A stretch of 61,511 bases of DNA, the filler included, from Sphacelaria rigidula (taxonomy: Eukaryota), in NCBI GenBank assembly GCA_964200075.2. It is 7 parts of 7 records of this genome, joined end to end, with 100 filler letters (N's around TTAATTAATTAA, not from the genome) between each part and the next. Parts side by side here need not be neighbours in the genome. Positions count along the whole stretch, not along the records: positions 8,804 to 17,505 come from CAXNAA020010330.1; positions 17,606 to 26,307 come from CAXNAA020010331.1; 5 more parts are not named here. One strand, given 5' to 3'. The notes beneath the pieces were generated by a model. That model was given only the letters and a program-made list of their open reading frames with translations. It was not told the DNA's origin and made no database searches. Shown here one piece after another: positions 12,201-24,200 of the stretch; the first letter of the stretch is position 1, and the number at the start of each line of letters is the position of its first letter. The position numbers were made by a program, and so were the translations under genes.

Positions 12201-15200
12201 CAGTTTCGCTCTTTCGGCCTTTTGCTCCGTTAGCTCTGCCTCGATCCACTCTCGTATACTGGCGTAACGTCGATTCTTGACGGAGATCTAACGGCGAGAA
12301 AGAGTGTGCGTATATACTTCAATCAGTGTAAACAAACGGCGAAGGCGTCGTCGGCTTTAGACCAAGGTGCGGGGGCAAAAAAACCCCCAACAACAACAGC
12401 CCAATACCTCAGTTCGGCCGTACCCGGTGACATGCCGGTTCGGGATCACGTTGAGTAAATTCTGCAACTCTTTTCGCACACTCTCATATATCGTACAGAG
12501 AGAGAATCCCAAGGGATCGCCAAGATGGGAACGAGGTTACTCATGTCTGGAAACATCAACCCGTGCATCTTATTATCACCATAAAAATTGCACCGTCTGA
12601 TAGCTAGCCTCCCGTTATCAGCGCGTATCAATCTCAAGAGTTTCGGACGTGGGTTGTTTTGTTGAAGCAAAAGGCATCCGCGCACGGTATGAAGGTGTTT
12701 TCCCCCAGGGTGTCGTGTGTGTTTGTTGCAGAGCTGTCAGACACCCTGGCGGGTGACGCCACAAGGAATTCCCGATTGTTCAAACAGCACTTCTGAGCGG
12801 CATACGCAGTTCGTTTCCAGGATATCGACGGGAGCACATCGTGGGGGCTGATGAGAAAAAAAAAAGGGGACAATTTATGGTTATACGACACTAGGGTACG
12901 GCGGTCGGCAGAGTTTTCACACGCGACAAAGGGAGCGGAAACTTTTATCCCTATCTTCGCAAAGAATGTACGAGCGACCAGAAAACAGCACGATAATAGC
13001 ACCCACGGAAATTTTGATGAAGAGCAGTCGGGAAATACTTTGCCATCATGGGACAGTTTAGGGTACAGGACAGGTCTGGTATTGGTTGATTGATTGGTTG
13101 ATTATCTCGCATTAGCTGCTTGCAACAATCCAGCCCGTGGTCAGGGGCAGCAAGAAAAAAAAGAAACAGAATGAGAAAGAAAAAAAGGAAAGAAACAGAA
13201 ATAGAGAGAAGCAACAGCAACAGAAAGGAAAGAAGAAAGGGGTATACACATATGTATATATATATATGTATAACCCGTATAGCTGCGTGCTGTGCTGTAC
13301 CCTATCCCGCTTATTTTCTTCCGCTTTCCATGCAGCATAACTTTAGAAAGGAAGCTACACTGTGGGTTTGTTCGCGAAAACGATCGAGCGAGGCCTACAG
13401 TCTGTTTTCGGTGGGGGGACATCCCCACTGGCCACTGTATCGCAGCAGAGTAGCAAAAAGGTGACCACGTACAGCGTTTTCTTGGTCACTCCTCATGTAT
13501 TCCCTCACTCCAAATCGAGAACTCTGACGGTCGGCGGAAACCTCCATCTTGGTCAACCCATTGGTCTTCGAATCTCGCCTTGAATATCAGCGCAATTATT
13601 GAAAAAGTGATCCTCATCCCCCCCGCCGCCGGTTTCGCACCAGATTTCTCCGTGATTTTTTACTCACAATCTCGGGACCAACGCTCAGCACGCGGTGATG
13701 TCCTTGCACGTTCGCCCAGATCCTTACCAGATACAGGCAATGAATGCCTTATCTCCGGCGAGTGTTGTGTATTTTTTTTCTCACAAATACTCCATCTAAA
13801 TTACTGGTGCCGTTTGAAATATATAAATCGTTGATTCTAACATACTTGTAGCTGCAGTACGAACGGTTTCTAATATTGTCGCCACCGCAGAAACCTCGAA
13901 ATTTCGCTCCGTGCTTGTCATACTCTTGCACGGTGCGAGCTAAACACGCGGGTGCTACCTGCGTCTTTTTTTCTTCTTTAATTTTCAACACTTACGTGTG
14001 TTCTCAGCGTGTTCCATGCACTTCCATTCAACTGGTAAGGGGCCTACTAGAAGTAGCAATCGTGCTTGAGTCTTGCCCCGCACTTTGACTTCGTACCTGT
14101 GGTAGATGGTAAACCCACTTGTAAGATTTCATGACGCGCTCCCACAAACATTCGTATTGACGGTTCAGGTACTGGATGCCGCGATGCCGCAGGTGGTCGT
14201 TGTCGAACATAGCGATCAGGCCATTCGATAGCGACCGGGACCGTCCGCGTAGCCCGGGCCATTCGCAGATCAGGGGTGACGGCCGTTAAGAGGGACAGTG
14301 AACGGGCGCAGTTGGATAGTCGAACAGATGCACCGCGAAAACAAGCCGGTATTCAGTGCACTGTGTCAACAGGCAAAGTGCTGCGGATGTCTTTTCAGCT
14401 GGGTGCGAGAGTTCGTCAGCCTCAAGCGACTTTCTCTGGTTCTGTATAGCACTGCTCCCATTCCGCAACGTACTGGTTTTCTCGGCCATTTCTTTCCGGG
14501 AACTAGATCCAGCAACAGGGGGAACGGGAGCTGTGCAGGTGGCCAGTCGGACATTCCGAAACGGAACACTGGTCGAATCTTTGCACGTATAAACGCTGTT
14601 TCGCGTATCTGTCTCTCTGTGCGACTGGCAAGGCAATCATCAACCACGTGTCATGAGACTGGTAGGGCGAGCAGTTGCGATCCTCGGCGGTAGCAACGGA
14701 AGGCATTGATACGCACCATGGCGCTTCGGTACCTTGAGCAGGGTCTCCATTTTGTTTTTCTTCTAAACGGTAATGTGCTTCGCTGAAGCACCCCTCTGTC
14801 GCTGGCAATTCCCCACACTCACAAGTGGGTGAGAAATGCGATTTGGGGTGAAGTACGATGAGGCGTCCACTCCACCAATCCCTCTATTGAGACCATTGGA
14901 TTCGGGCTTCTCAGAAGCTCGACGATTTCAATCATCAGCTATGCTGAGGCTACGTTTGTCAGCGCTTGGCTTGCTCCCGCAGGCAAGTAGTTTGCTCTGC
15001 AAGGCCCAGAGACAAGTTCTACGAGGTTTCCGAAGGCGAGGTGATGTTGGATGATTTGCATTGACGTTGCCACAACAACCGAACTCTGTCAATGCACTGA
15101 CGAACTTACGCCGAGGCGCCCGTTGGCCTGAGCAAGGCCTCTGGCCCTCTTCTCCCGTCTGGAACGCATGCTTTCCAGATCTAGTGCCTCCACTTCGGGG

Positions 15201-16900
15201 TCTGCGATCTGCGCATCCAGCAGCTGAAGGGCAACGTCCTCGGTCGCCTACGGCGTCATTGTGTATTGTTGTTTACGGTTCGGGTGAGGATGAACGTCAC
15301 GGAATAGTTGTCAACACAAAATGCACAAAATATCACAAGCGATTTCATTAGTTGTTTCCGTCGCGTTTGCATTGCGTTACAGCGAAGCTCAAGTCTTGTC
15401 GTCGCTTCGCAGTGAATGAGAACATCTACTACCCCGAACACCCGAGCTCCTCATCAGGCACCCATCATCGATCTTTTTTTTTTTTCAGATTTTTACAATA
15501 GTACAAAGCATACCGCACAAGTCTAGTGCACCCCATGCTAAACAATCAGTAACACTTTCACCGGGGGAGCAATGCTATGGTAGGGGTGCACTTTTTTCGC
15601 AAAATCTTGTCTAGTTCAGGGGGTTCCTAACGATTCTAGATGCACAATAGTATGGGTCAGGGCATCCCCGTTTGCAAATTCATTCGGGAACTCCCCAGCA
15701 CATCGGAGTAGTAATCCTGGCGTACTTTCACATATTTTCATGAGTTATGTTATGGATGAGATGAAGGGCTCCTAAACATTCTGACCTCAGAAAATATTTG
15801 TGCACCCCTACCGTAGCATCACTGGGGGTAGAGATGGATTGATCCCTTGAGACCACGGACGCATCATCCCGAGGAAGGGGAGGGGTTCAAAGTGCGACAA
15901 ACAAGAAATATATATCGGCAGTACTGGACGCAATTTGCCATCGACCTCGTGTGAGGTGTCACGATTTCGTCGACTAACACGAAAATGTCAAGCACTCACG
16001 TCACACATTCAGCGACTGCGGCTGTGAGTCGTGGGGACCGTAGTCGCGGGACAGGCCGTCGCATGTTTCTGGAGTTCAGGCGCAGGAGTAGATTGTTGAG
16101 GATCTTACCAACAGATCTGTTGTTTTACCGAAAATCTACGAATGCTTGGGGGAAAGACTTGTCTGCGAAGAATGTGAGAGCAGAATTCTTACGCAGGTCA
16201 GGCAATAGAGCACTTTACGACCGGCTACAAATTTCTTCGAAAATCTAGCGTCGGTTTTCTTTAGGCAACTTTAATTTCGTCGAAAGAAGTCGGGAAAAAC
16301 AAACAAACATTTTTTCGGAAAAAATATGAAACTCTGAAAAATAGTGTACCTCGTCACTTTGACCCCTACAGTATCAGTCATGATTTCCCGAATTTAGTGG
16401 TGGGATCCGACTGTACGTCGTCCTTCATTTTGTTTTTTTTAAATTTAGTCGTATGAGTCGAAAATCACGACGAAGGAGCCGCCGGGCGTGAAAAGTATTA
16501 CCAGTGCCGGTGCAACTATGCGTGAAACGATATCGTTTGTGACGGTAAGGTGGCGCTTGAACTCAAACTTGCCTGGAGTTTCTGAAGGTTGCTCCTCTCG
16601 GACAGTAGCTCCCGCTCCCTTCCTGCTACCTCTTGCAGTATGCTTTCCAACTGTACCTCCTATTTCGTCAGCGTGTGTGGACGAAGGGAGGTGTGGACAG
16701 GAACGCACGTTGTTGTTGTGGTACTCACCGCCGCGTATGTATCGGGAACAATTTGCGGTGTCATCTTTCTCCAACGGCTTATCGAGCTTCGTGATTTTGA
16801 GAACTCGAAAAAGGTTATCTCGAAGGTCGCATTTTCGCCGGACTTCAGCGTCGACGTCAAACTCGACATCAAGACTTTGACGGACGGTGACACTCTAACG
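9286..16900 (-). CDS. Candidate multi-exon gene or decaying gene, coiled-coil plus low-complexity protein of unknown function (partial)
   Basis: Exon-like blocks with AG acceptors and GT/GC donors: ~16728-16900, ~16573-16659 (EVQLESILQEVAGRERELLSERSNLQKLQ), 15110-15247 (ATEDVALQLLDAQIADPEVEALDLESMRSRREKRARG), 12142-12287 (YASIREWIEAELTEQKAERAKLERQERSLKKRLL), 11456-11639, 10516-10923 and 9286-10200. The intervening exon structure is unresolved and some blocks contain stops. Confidence 0.45.
15572..15819. mobile_element. MITE with 20-bp TIRs
   Basis: atgctatggtaggggtgcac (15572-15591) and gtgcacccctaccgtagcat (15800-15819). A second partial copy lies at 8930-9141. Confidence 0.85.
15822..15897 (+). 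repeat. Dispersed repeat shared with 37155-37226
   Basis: ctggggg.agagatgg.ttgatcccttgaga...cggac...catc.cgagga.gggg...ttcaaagtg occurs in two different contigs. Confidence 0.75.
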
Positions 16901-17012
16901 CTGCTTCTATAGTGTAACCATGTACTGCAAGGGGCAAACAGATTGCGCCCCGTGGGCCCACGGTATCACGCTGGAGTTGGATACTTCGGGCGGCGGGGGT
17001 GGGGGGTAAGGG

Positions 17013-17090
17013 GTGTACTGATGATCTTGCATGCCGTAGTCATATTACCATCGGCCTCGTATCCCTAAAAAGCCGGGACGACGCACGCCA
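17013..17090 (-). mobile_element. 5'-truncated copy of short retroposon family A, between G tracts
   Basis: gtgtactgatgatcttgcatgccgtagtcatattaccatcggcctcgtatccctaaaaagccgggacgacgcacgcc, G-rich on both sides. Confidence 0.85.
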
Positions 17091-17432
17091 GGGGGGAGGG
17101 GAGGTGAAGCAAGGGATATGTCCTTGAGTTTGGAGTACGTCGAATATTTTCACTTGAGTTTAGTGTCGACCAGTTAAATTCTAGGGTAAAGCTTGTTCAT
17201 CCTTGATCACTTGACCATCGTGTACCCGCCTGAATCCTACACAACAGTCGTAAGTGTGTTGCAATGGCCACCAAATGCTCAAGTCGCTGAGTGCTACGTG
17301 CTAAGCCCCTGAGTTCAACGTACTGAACCGCTAATCGCTTGAGCGCTGTCTACCGTAGCCCGCCATCAACTATGACCAATATTGGAATAGGGGAATGACT
17401 TTTTGGGGCGCATGCGCAGGGGGGGGGGGGGG

Positions 17433-17471
17433 TACTCATTTGTTGCTTGCCTTAGTCATTTGACCATTGAG
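17433..17471 (-). mobile_element. ~39-bp 3' tip of short retroposon family B with TSD
   Basis: tactcatttgttgcttgccttagtcatttgaccattga is flanked on both sides by gcgca followed by a 13-14 G run. Confidence 0.85.
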
Positions 17472-18217
17472 GCGCAGGGGGGGGGGGGGAGGGGGGGGGA
17501 GTTAANNNNNNNNNNNNNNNNNNNNNNNNNNNNNNNNNNNNNNNNNNNNTTAATTAATTAANNNNNNNNNNNNNNNNNNNNNNNNNNNNNNNNNNNNNNN
17601 NNNNNCTAGAACGAACCCAAGCGTGGGAATTCCCAGCTTCTCGTTGTGCTCGGCTATTCCCATTTCGATTTACGTGAAGATTTGGCCTCCCAAAACCGTG
17701 CACTTTGGGGGAGGGGGGGGGCTATCGTAGAAAGTGTCCGAAAAAAAGAAAATAAATAAATCGCTGAAGAATGGCGTAGGATTATGGTGTTTTGAAATGT
17801 GCCTCAATGACAGCTACTCGGCGACCAAGCCGTATTTCCACGATATCCTTTTCGAATGGTAGGCAATTCAAGTAACGTAAGAGAGTAGAGGTTGGTTTTC
17901 CTCTGCATAAGAAATGCTTGGGTTGAACGATGTTGTGTGTTACACGAATTCAAGGGTGTTAAGACCGCCGATAAATATATACTGCGGTAGTGCGTTCGCC
18001 GGGGTAGTGCTAGTGCTCTCAATCATGGGAGGAGCTCCTCAGCAGCTCCAGATTGCGACGGGGTTACTGACTGCGAAGGGTTTTACTCGATCAGAGATGT
18101 CTGTCAGGCCGCGTGCGCATGGAAATAATGTATCAAGCGCTGACGTTGTTGTTTTTTGTTCCCCTTTTTTTTGTGTGTGTGTTTTTTTTCATTCGTTTTT
18201 GGCCACCTGATTGTAAG

Positions 18218-21200
18218 GCGATGCGCAAGAAAAACAACAAGGATCAGCGGTCGATGAGCAAGATGGAGCTCGAAGTTCGCCGTCAGAAGGCCGCCGCGGC
18301 AAGAAAGGATACTCAGGTGCCGCATATCAAGATTTCTCGGTTCGGACGAATCATAGCCGGTTCGAATCATCACCAAATCCGCGGTATTTCAGGCCTGGTT
18401 GCTTGAAAGAGGGGGGGGGAAAAAGTCGACCGCAGGTCAAATAGGTCTTGACGCAATTTTTGCGCCATCACTACGTGCCCGGGCTGTGCGTACCCAGGTT
18501 GCAACGGTGAAAACAAAGCCGCCTAAGGATTGATGCGTACGGTACGAATCAATCACTCTAAAATCAAGTGATTTCTTAACGAATCATGTATTCCTTCGAC
18601 CTTTGGAAGACCCGGAGGGTGTGTTTGGTGAAGTACATACCTGGGTATTTTCTTTCCACCGTCCTTCTTCTGTGTGACCCCGGCCGATGTGCTCACATAT
18701 GCAGATAGGTATAGACTGATGTCTGGAGTAGATGGAGTGTCGACACATACACGCACAGCGTAACCACTTACTTCGTATATATCCTAGGTGTACAATAGTC
18801 GCTATGTTTCCATGTTCTGACTTGTTCACACATTGGACAATATAGGGCCAACAGATACAAAAAACGAGAGCTGTACTGCATAAATTATGAGCCTGTTACA
18901 ACTATTGCCGACCGACAATAGCTGCAATGGGCCTATACTCTGTGCAGTACCTTTCTTGTCTATTGCAACCACTGATCATATATTGTCCAAGGTGTGGACT
19001 TGTTCAAACAGCCCTGCGAGGGCCGTTAGCCGTCGAACTCACCGGCGTTATAATCTCTTAGATGGCACAATTGGCACCGCAGGGCACCAAACCTTTTGAA
19101 CACCTCGGGTGTCCCCGACAACTTTGAACACCTTCGCCGTTCCCTTGTCTGCATCGTCGTCATCCTCCACACAACTCTCGACCCTGCTTCCCACCTCGAC
19201 TGCCTTCCCCGCCTACCCAGGTGGGCCGCATCGGCGATAAGCTGAAGAAGACGGAGGAACATCTTTTGCGCTTGTTGGCGCTTAGAAAGCAGCAGGGGAC
19301 CATAGATCGAGCCAGATTGCGTGCCGGCGCAGCTTCGAGGCGTGGTGCTGGGGGAGGGGCGACGGCGGCGTCGGCGGCTAGAGCAGCGCAAGTTGCAGGC
19401 GGGGATGCGGAGACTCCCAGCGGTGTGTTTTTGCTGCTGCTGCTGCTGCTGCTGCTGTTGTTGTTGTCGTCGTTGTTGGCGTTAGAAACGGTCCCGATTT
19501 GTGCGCAGTCACTTCTCACTTGTTGTAGTAGTGAAAGTACCAGGGTCGAAATCACTATCTCGTGAAGGAGTTCATGAAATAAAACAATATTTGTGCTGAA
19601 AAGTACCCCCCTTCCCCCCGATGATTCGGCAAATTACTTACATATGTTTTTGTTTTTTTTCTCAAGGAAGTGGCTTCATTCTACCGTAGTATGATCTGAT
19701 AACGGTGAACACTAACACAGTAACATGCGTACCATCTCCTGTACCGTCAATATTACAGTTTTCTGGGCGTACCTTTCGAGGCTATACCTGCTACGACACC
19801 ACCGGTCACTCCGCAGCTGTTTTTTTCCGCTCAAACTTTCATTTTTGGGGTATGTTTGTTTTTTGTGCATAAACATGTCCTCTGCGTTTTCACGATCTCA
19901 TCCATCACCAAAGCAAACGTGTCCAGCACCTGATACGTTTTTTTTTGTAAATACCGGCCCGCTCGCTCGTGTTTCTATTTTTTTCATGTCCACTCTGGTG
20001 CGCAGCACGCGCCGCTGCGATGGCTGCCGCTGCGGCTGCCGAGGCATCTGATGCTAGGGTCTGTGCCGCCAAGCACGTGCTGGATGGAGTCGTTGCGTCG
20101 AGGGTGGAGCAAGCCGCCCTTCGGCAGGCGTTTTCCGCCAAGATCCGTACCTACGACGAACTCACATCTTCACAGGTGAACCATCCCATGGTGGGGGTTG
20201 GGGGAGTGTGTGTGTGACTGACTTGACCAACCCCTTTTCCACGAGAATGTGTTTTGAAAACCCTGCTTTGTTTCACTCCTCTCATGAATGACTACCCCCG
20301 TCTCGAACGGGCGAAGAGGGCGGGGGTCTACTCATGACCTTGCATGATGTAGTTTTTTTTTTTTCCTTCTTTGACGGAAGGTGGGAACCCAACCCAACAC
20401 TTACCTCGCAAACGAGTCCGTGTGCCGATTACCCGAAGGCTCGGCTAGACCGCCTCATGGCAGTCATGTGGGGTAGGCGCTTCGAGCGTTCGCAAGCTTT
20501 GCGCAAGGCAGTGTGGGGATGCTCCCACTTCACCCCCCTAACAACTTGGCGCAGTACACGCGCTGCCATGCTCTTATGAGCTTCGGCCCTAGTGCATGCA
20601 TGCCGGAGTGATATGGCCATTGACCTCGCATCCCTACAAAGCCGGGACGGGGCACGCCGGGTTCTCGCCGGACCAGTCTCGCTATCACCAAGCGCGGATC
20701 GCCCCCTCGGGGGGTTTACTCATTACATTGCATGCCGTATTCATATCGTCATTGACCTCGTATCCCAACGAAGCCGGGGCGGAGCACGCCGGGTTTTCAC
20801 CGGACCAGGCTTGCCGTTGAGAAGCGTGAAGCGCCGTGATGTGTTCGACGAGTCGCAAGAAGGGTGGCCTGCATCCTGCCAAGATTATTCGACCCGAAGC
20901 GAAGCGATTGTCTTTCGTATGGATGACAGCCTTGAATGAGTTGCTTCATTTTCTGTTATAGTATCGTCATTTCAACAGACAGCCGCGGGCTACACACTGC
21001 CTCATGGGTGTCTCACTATTTGAAGACTAGTGCTATCATCCCGTTTGCGCGAGGTTGATGTTCTCCCACTCCGCGAAATATGATGTAGCTCGACTACCAT
21101 CATGGTTACCGCCAAAAAAAACGCAAGCGAAAAAAAAACGGTAACCTGGTTTCCTCGCTTGCGCCATGAGTTTCATATTTTACGGCATCGTTGCCAATCG

Positions 21201-24200
21201 ACGCCAACCCTTCACAGCGAAATAAGGGTTGGGGGCGGCGATTGATTGATTTTTCCCGGGAAGAACGGAGTTCATAAGGTGTTACTGTTACCGACACAGA
21301 TGTCTCTTCGTACGTGGAGCTACCACTGTGTTTGCTGAAGACCGACAGAAAGAATACTTTATGCACGCACTATTTCCTCAAGCAACCTCTGAAGAGGCTT
21401 TCAAGTCCCTTATTCCGTATGTTTGGGCAAAAAATCGGTCAAAATACCCCCCCCGTTTCTCCCCCTCCAACCACCGGTAGATGAGTCGAGTAGGATGCTC
21501 GGACGAAGAGGGTGAGATGTTTCACATATTCGTTGTTCTATGGATGAATGTGTCTTGATATCATCACGCGTTCCTGGTGCGTATTGCAGCTATGCCTCTG
21601 CTCTTCCTCCCTGCTTTCCCCCCCCCCTAAAAAAAAGAAGGATGATTGAAGGAACGTAATGAGCGCCATAATGTTGGAGGTGTCACTATTAGGAGTAGGA
21701 ACGGTGCTCCGTCTCGAAAGGGGTTCGTGGTCAACGGTCAAACGACTAAGGCAAGCAACAAATGAGTCCCCCCCCCCCCCCTGAAAAAAAAAGTTTTGAC
21801 CGTCTACCCACCTAGCCCCCGGTTGCTTTAGGTAGTTTCCAATCAATCAATCAATCAATCAAAAAGGATCACTTTTCGTGAAAAAAAACAACAGCATTGA
21901 ACCTCGAGGGGTGCGACCAGCAATTCTAACGTCAGAGTACCGTGGACCACCACACTTGGAACAGAACACAGTTCAGAGGAGTCTACACCATACTGTACTC
22001 GTACTGCACTTGCGCTTGTTTGTTTCATTTGTCCTTGCACGTGAACCACTAATGTTTTGTTTTGTAGTGCCATCATGATGTTACCCCGTACTGACGTGTT
22101 TTGTCTTCTCGTCTTGTTCCAGGTGGGCAACATCAGCATGCTCAGAGACTACAGAGCACAGCTGAAGGAACTCAAAGCTACCGCTGGCGCAGCTGCCGCT
22201 GCCGCTGCCTCGGGTACACCCGCCACGCGCTGGGCAGACTACAGAGATGCAGGAGGAGCCGAAAACGTCGACCCGGGCAGTCGGTCGCGAGCGAGGCCGG
22301 GCGCGGCCATCGGCAAGAACGGAGGGAGAAGTAGTGGGGGTAGCGGAAGCGTCAGCAGCAAGGATGTTGGGTCTTCTGTAGGGGAGGTGGCGGACGTCGA
22401 CACCTTCGAGGGGCAGGCGGCTGTGCTGGAGGCACTGGTGCAGGAAACCGAAAAGGTAAATGTGTGTGTGTGTGTTTGTGTGTGCGTGTAGTGTGTAGTG
22501 TGTTTTGTGGATAGGAGGTTGTAAGGTTTTATGGGTTGTTATTCGGGAGTGTCGGCTGCGGAAGATCTTGTGGTCGCAGTCGCTACGAGTGGTTTCCGAG
22601 TTCTGATGTGCTGTTGATGGATGATGGATGTCCTTGGCGCTGTTGTAGTCGTGCTGGCCGTTGGGTTCTTCTCTCTTGGTCTTCAGCATGACGAATGTTA
22701 TCTTATTCTCTTCCTGTTCTTGAGAAGGCAGCAATCCTGGCCGTGTACCTCGCTTTTCTCTAGTTTTGTACAGAGGGTTTGACCACCGAGGTCCTTGCGG
22801 CTCCACTTGCCCGCCTTCTCGGGTGTCTGCCCTCGAGCATACCTGTCATGATGACATAGCTGGTTCGGTGTGTAGCGGGAGGCATCAAGCAGCAAGGAGG
22901 GGTGCGAGCGTCATGTATTCATTCCTTTGTGGGCACTAACAGACCGACAAGTATATCTGACTGGACATTCAACCACGGTATCAAGTACACGAGATGCCGG
23001 GTGAGCCGCAGCGGTCCACCTGAGTGGGGGCCTGTAGTGGCAGACCCATTCGCCACCCAGGTTCCCAGTTCGACGCAACGATAATTGAGCGGACTTGGTT
23101 TTTCTGGGCGGTGAGGGCGAGGGGCAAGGATATTCATGATCTTGCATGCCGTATTCAAATTGACCTTTGACCTCGCGTCTCTACAAAGCCGGGACGGAGC
23201 ACGCCGGGTTTTCGCCGAACCAGGCTCGCAATCAATCACCAAGCGTGAAGCCCCGTGGCGTGTTCGACGAGTCGCATCAAGGGTGATCTGCATTCTGCTA
23301 AGATTTTCGACCCGAAGCGGGCTATTTTTCTTGCTTATGGATGACAGCCTTGAATTAGTTACTGCATTTTATAATATCGTCATTTCCGGAGACAGCCACG
23401 GCTCATACACTGCCTCACGGCGCTCTCACTATTCTAAGACTTTATAGTACGATCATCTTCTGTGCACGGAGTTGAGTTTTTCCCACCCCGCACAGTATGA
23501 TCTGGCTCGACCAGCGTCATGTTTACCGCAAGAAAACGCAAGCGGGCGGGCGAGGGGAAGCGGGGGTGGGGTTGATACAGTTGGTTTCGATTCGTTGGAG
23601 ATACAGTTTGGGTTTTGTTCTGACAAATATCTGATTTCTGCCGTCCAAGTCTTGAGGACATGAGTAGCGACCAAAGTTTGTTTGACTAGCGTACACAGAA
23701 AGGGACAGAGAGGGTTCGATCGAGACCCAAGAGGACGGTAAAGTTTCCATGGCGTGTGATGAACGTCCAGCTTGTGACGACGGCTAGATTCTCAGCTGAT
23801 CGACCAATCGATCAAACGAGTCGGACACATTGACCATGACGTGTGACACGACCATGGACCGTGCTTGCGCCGGTGGTAATGCGCGGCCGGGCATGTACGA
23901 ACCTTTCGAGTTTTCCAGGCCTTACGAAAAGCGCAACGAAGCGATGAGTTAAGGCAAACACCTTGTGCCTGTTTCCGTCATCCGCAGCACAATGGCTGCC
24001 GCACACATTGTATTTTTGTTGTTCTCTCTCTTTCTCTTTCTAAATTTAGATCTAAATCCAAGTCTAAATCTGAATCTTAATTTGAAAATAAATCTTAATT
24101 TCAACCTAAACTTGTTGAGAAACATTCGTCAGTGCTCGATGTATTTCTAGCGTCCATTCCGGCCTACGAACACCTTTAGCCGAAATTTCACAGGATTGTC

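Noticed and set aside
14115-14150. GARHEIL resembling an alpha/beta-hydrolase catalytic His motif
   Set aside because: A short isolated match with no nucleophile motif or supporting exon structure.
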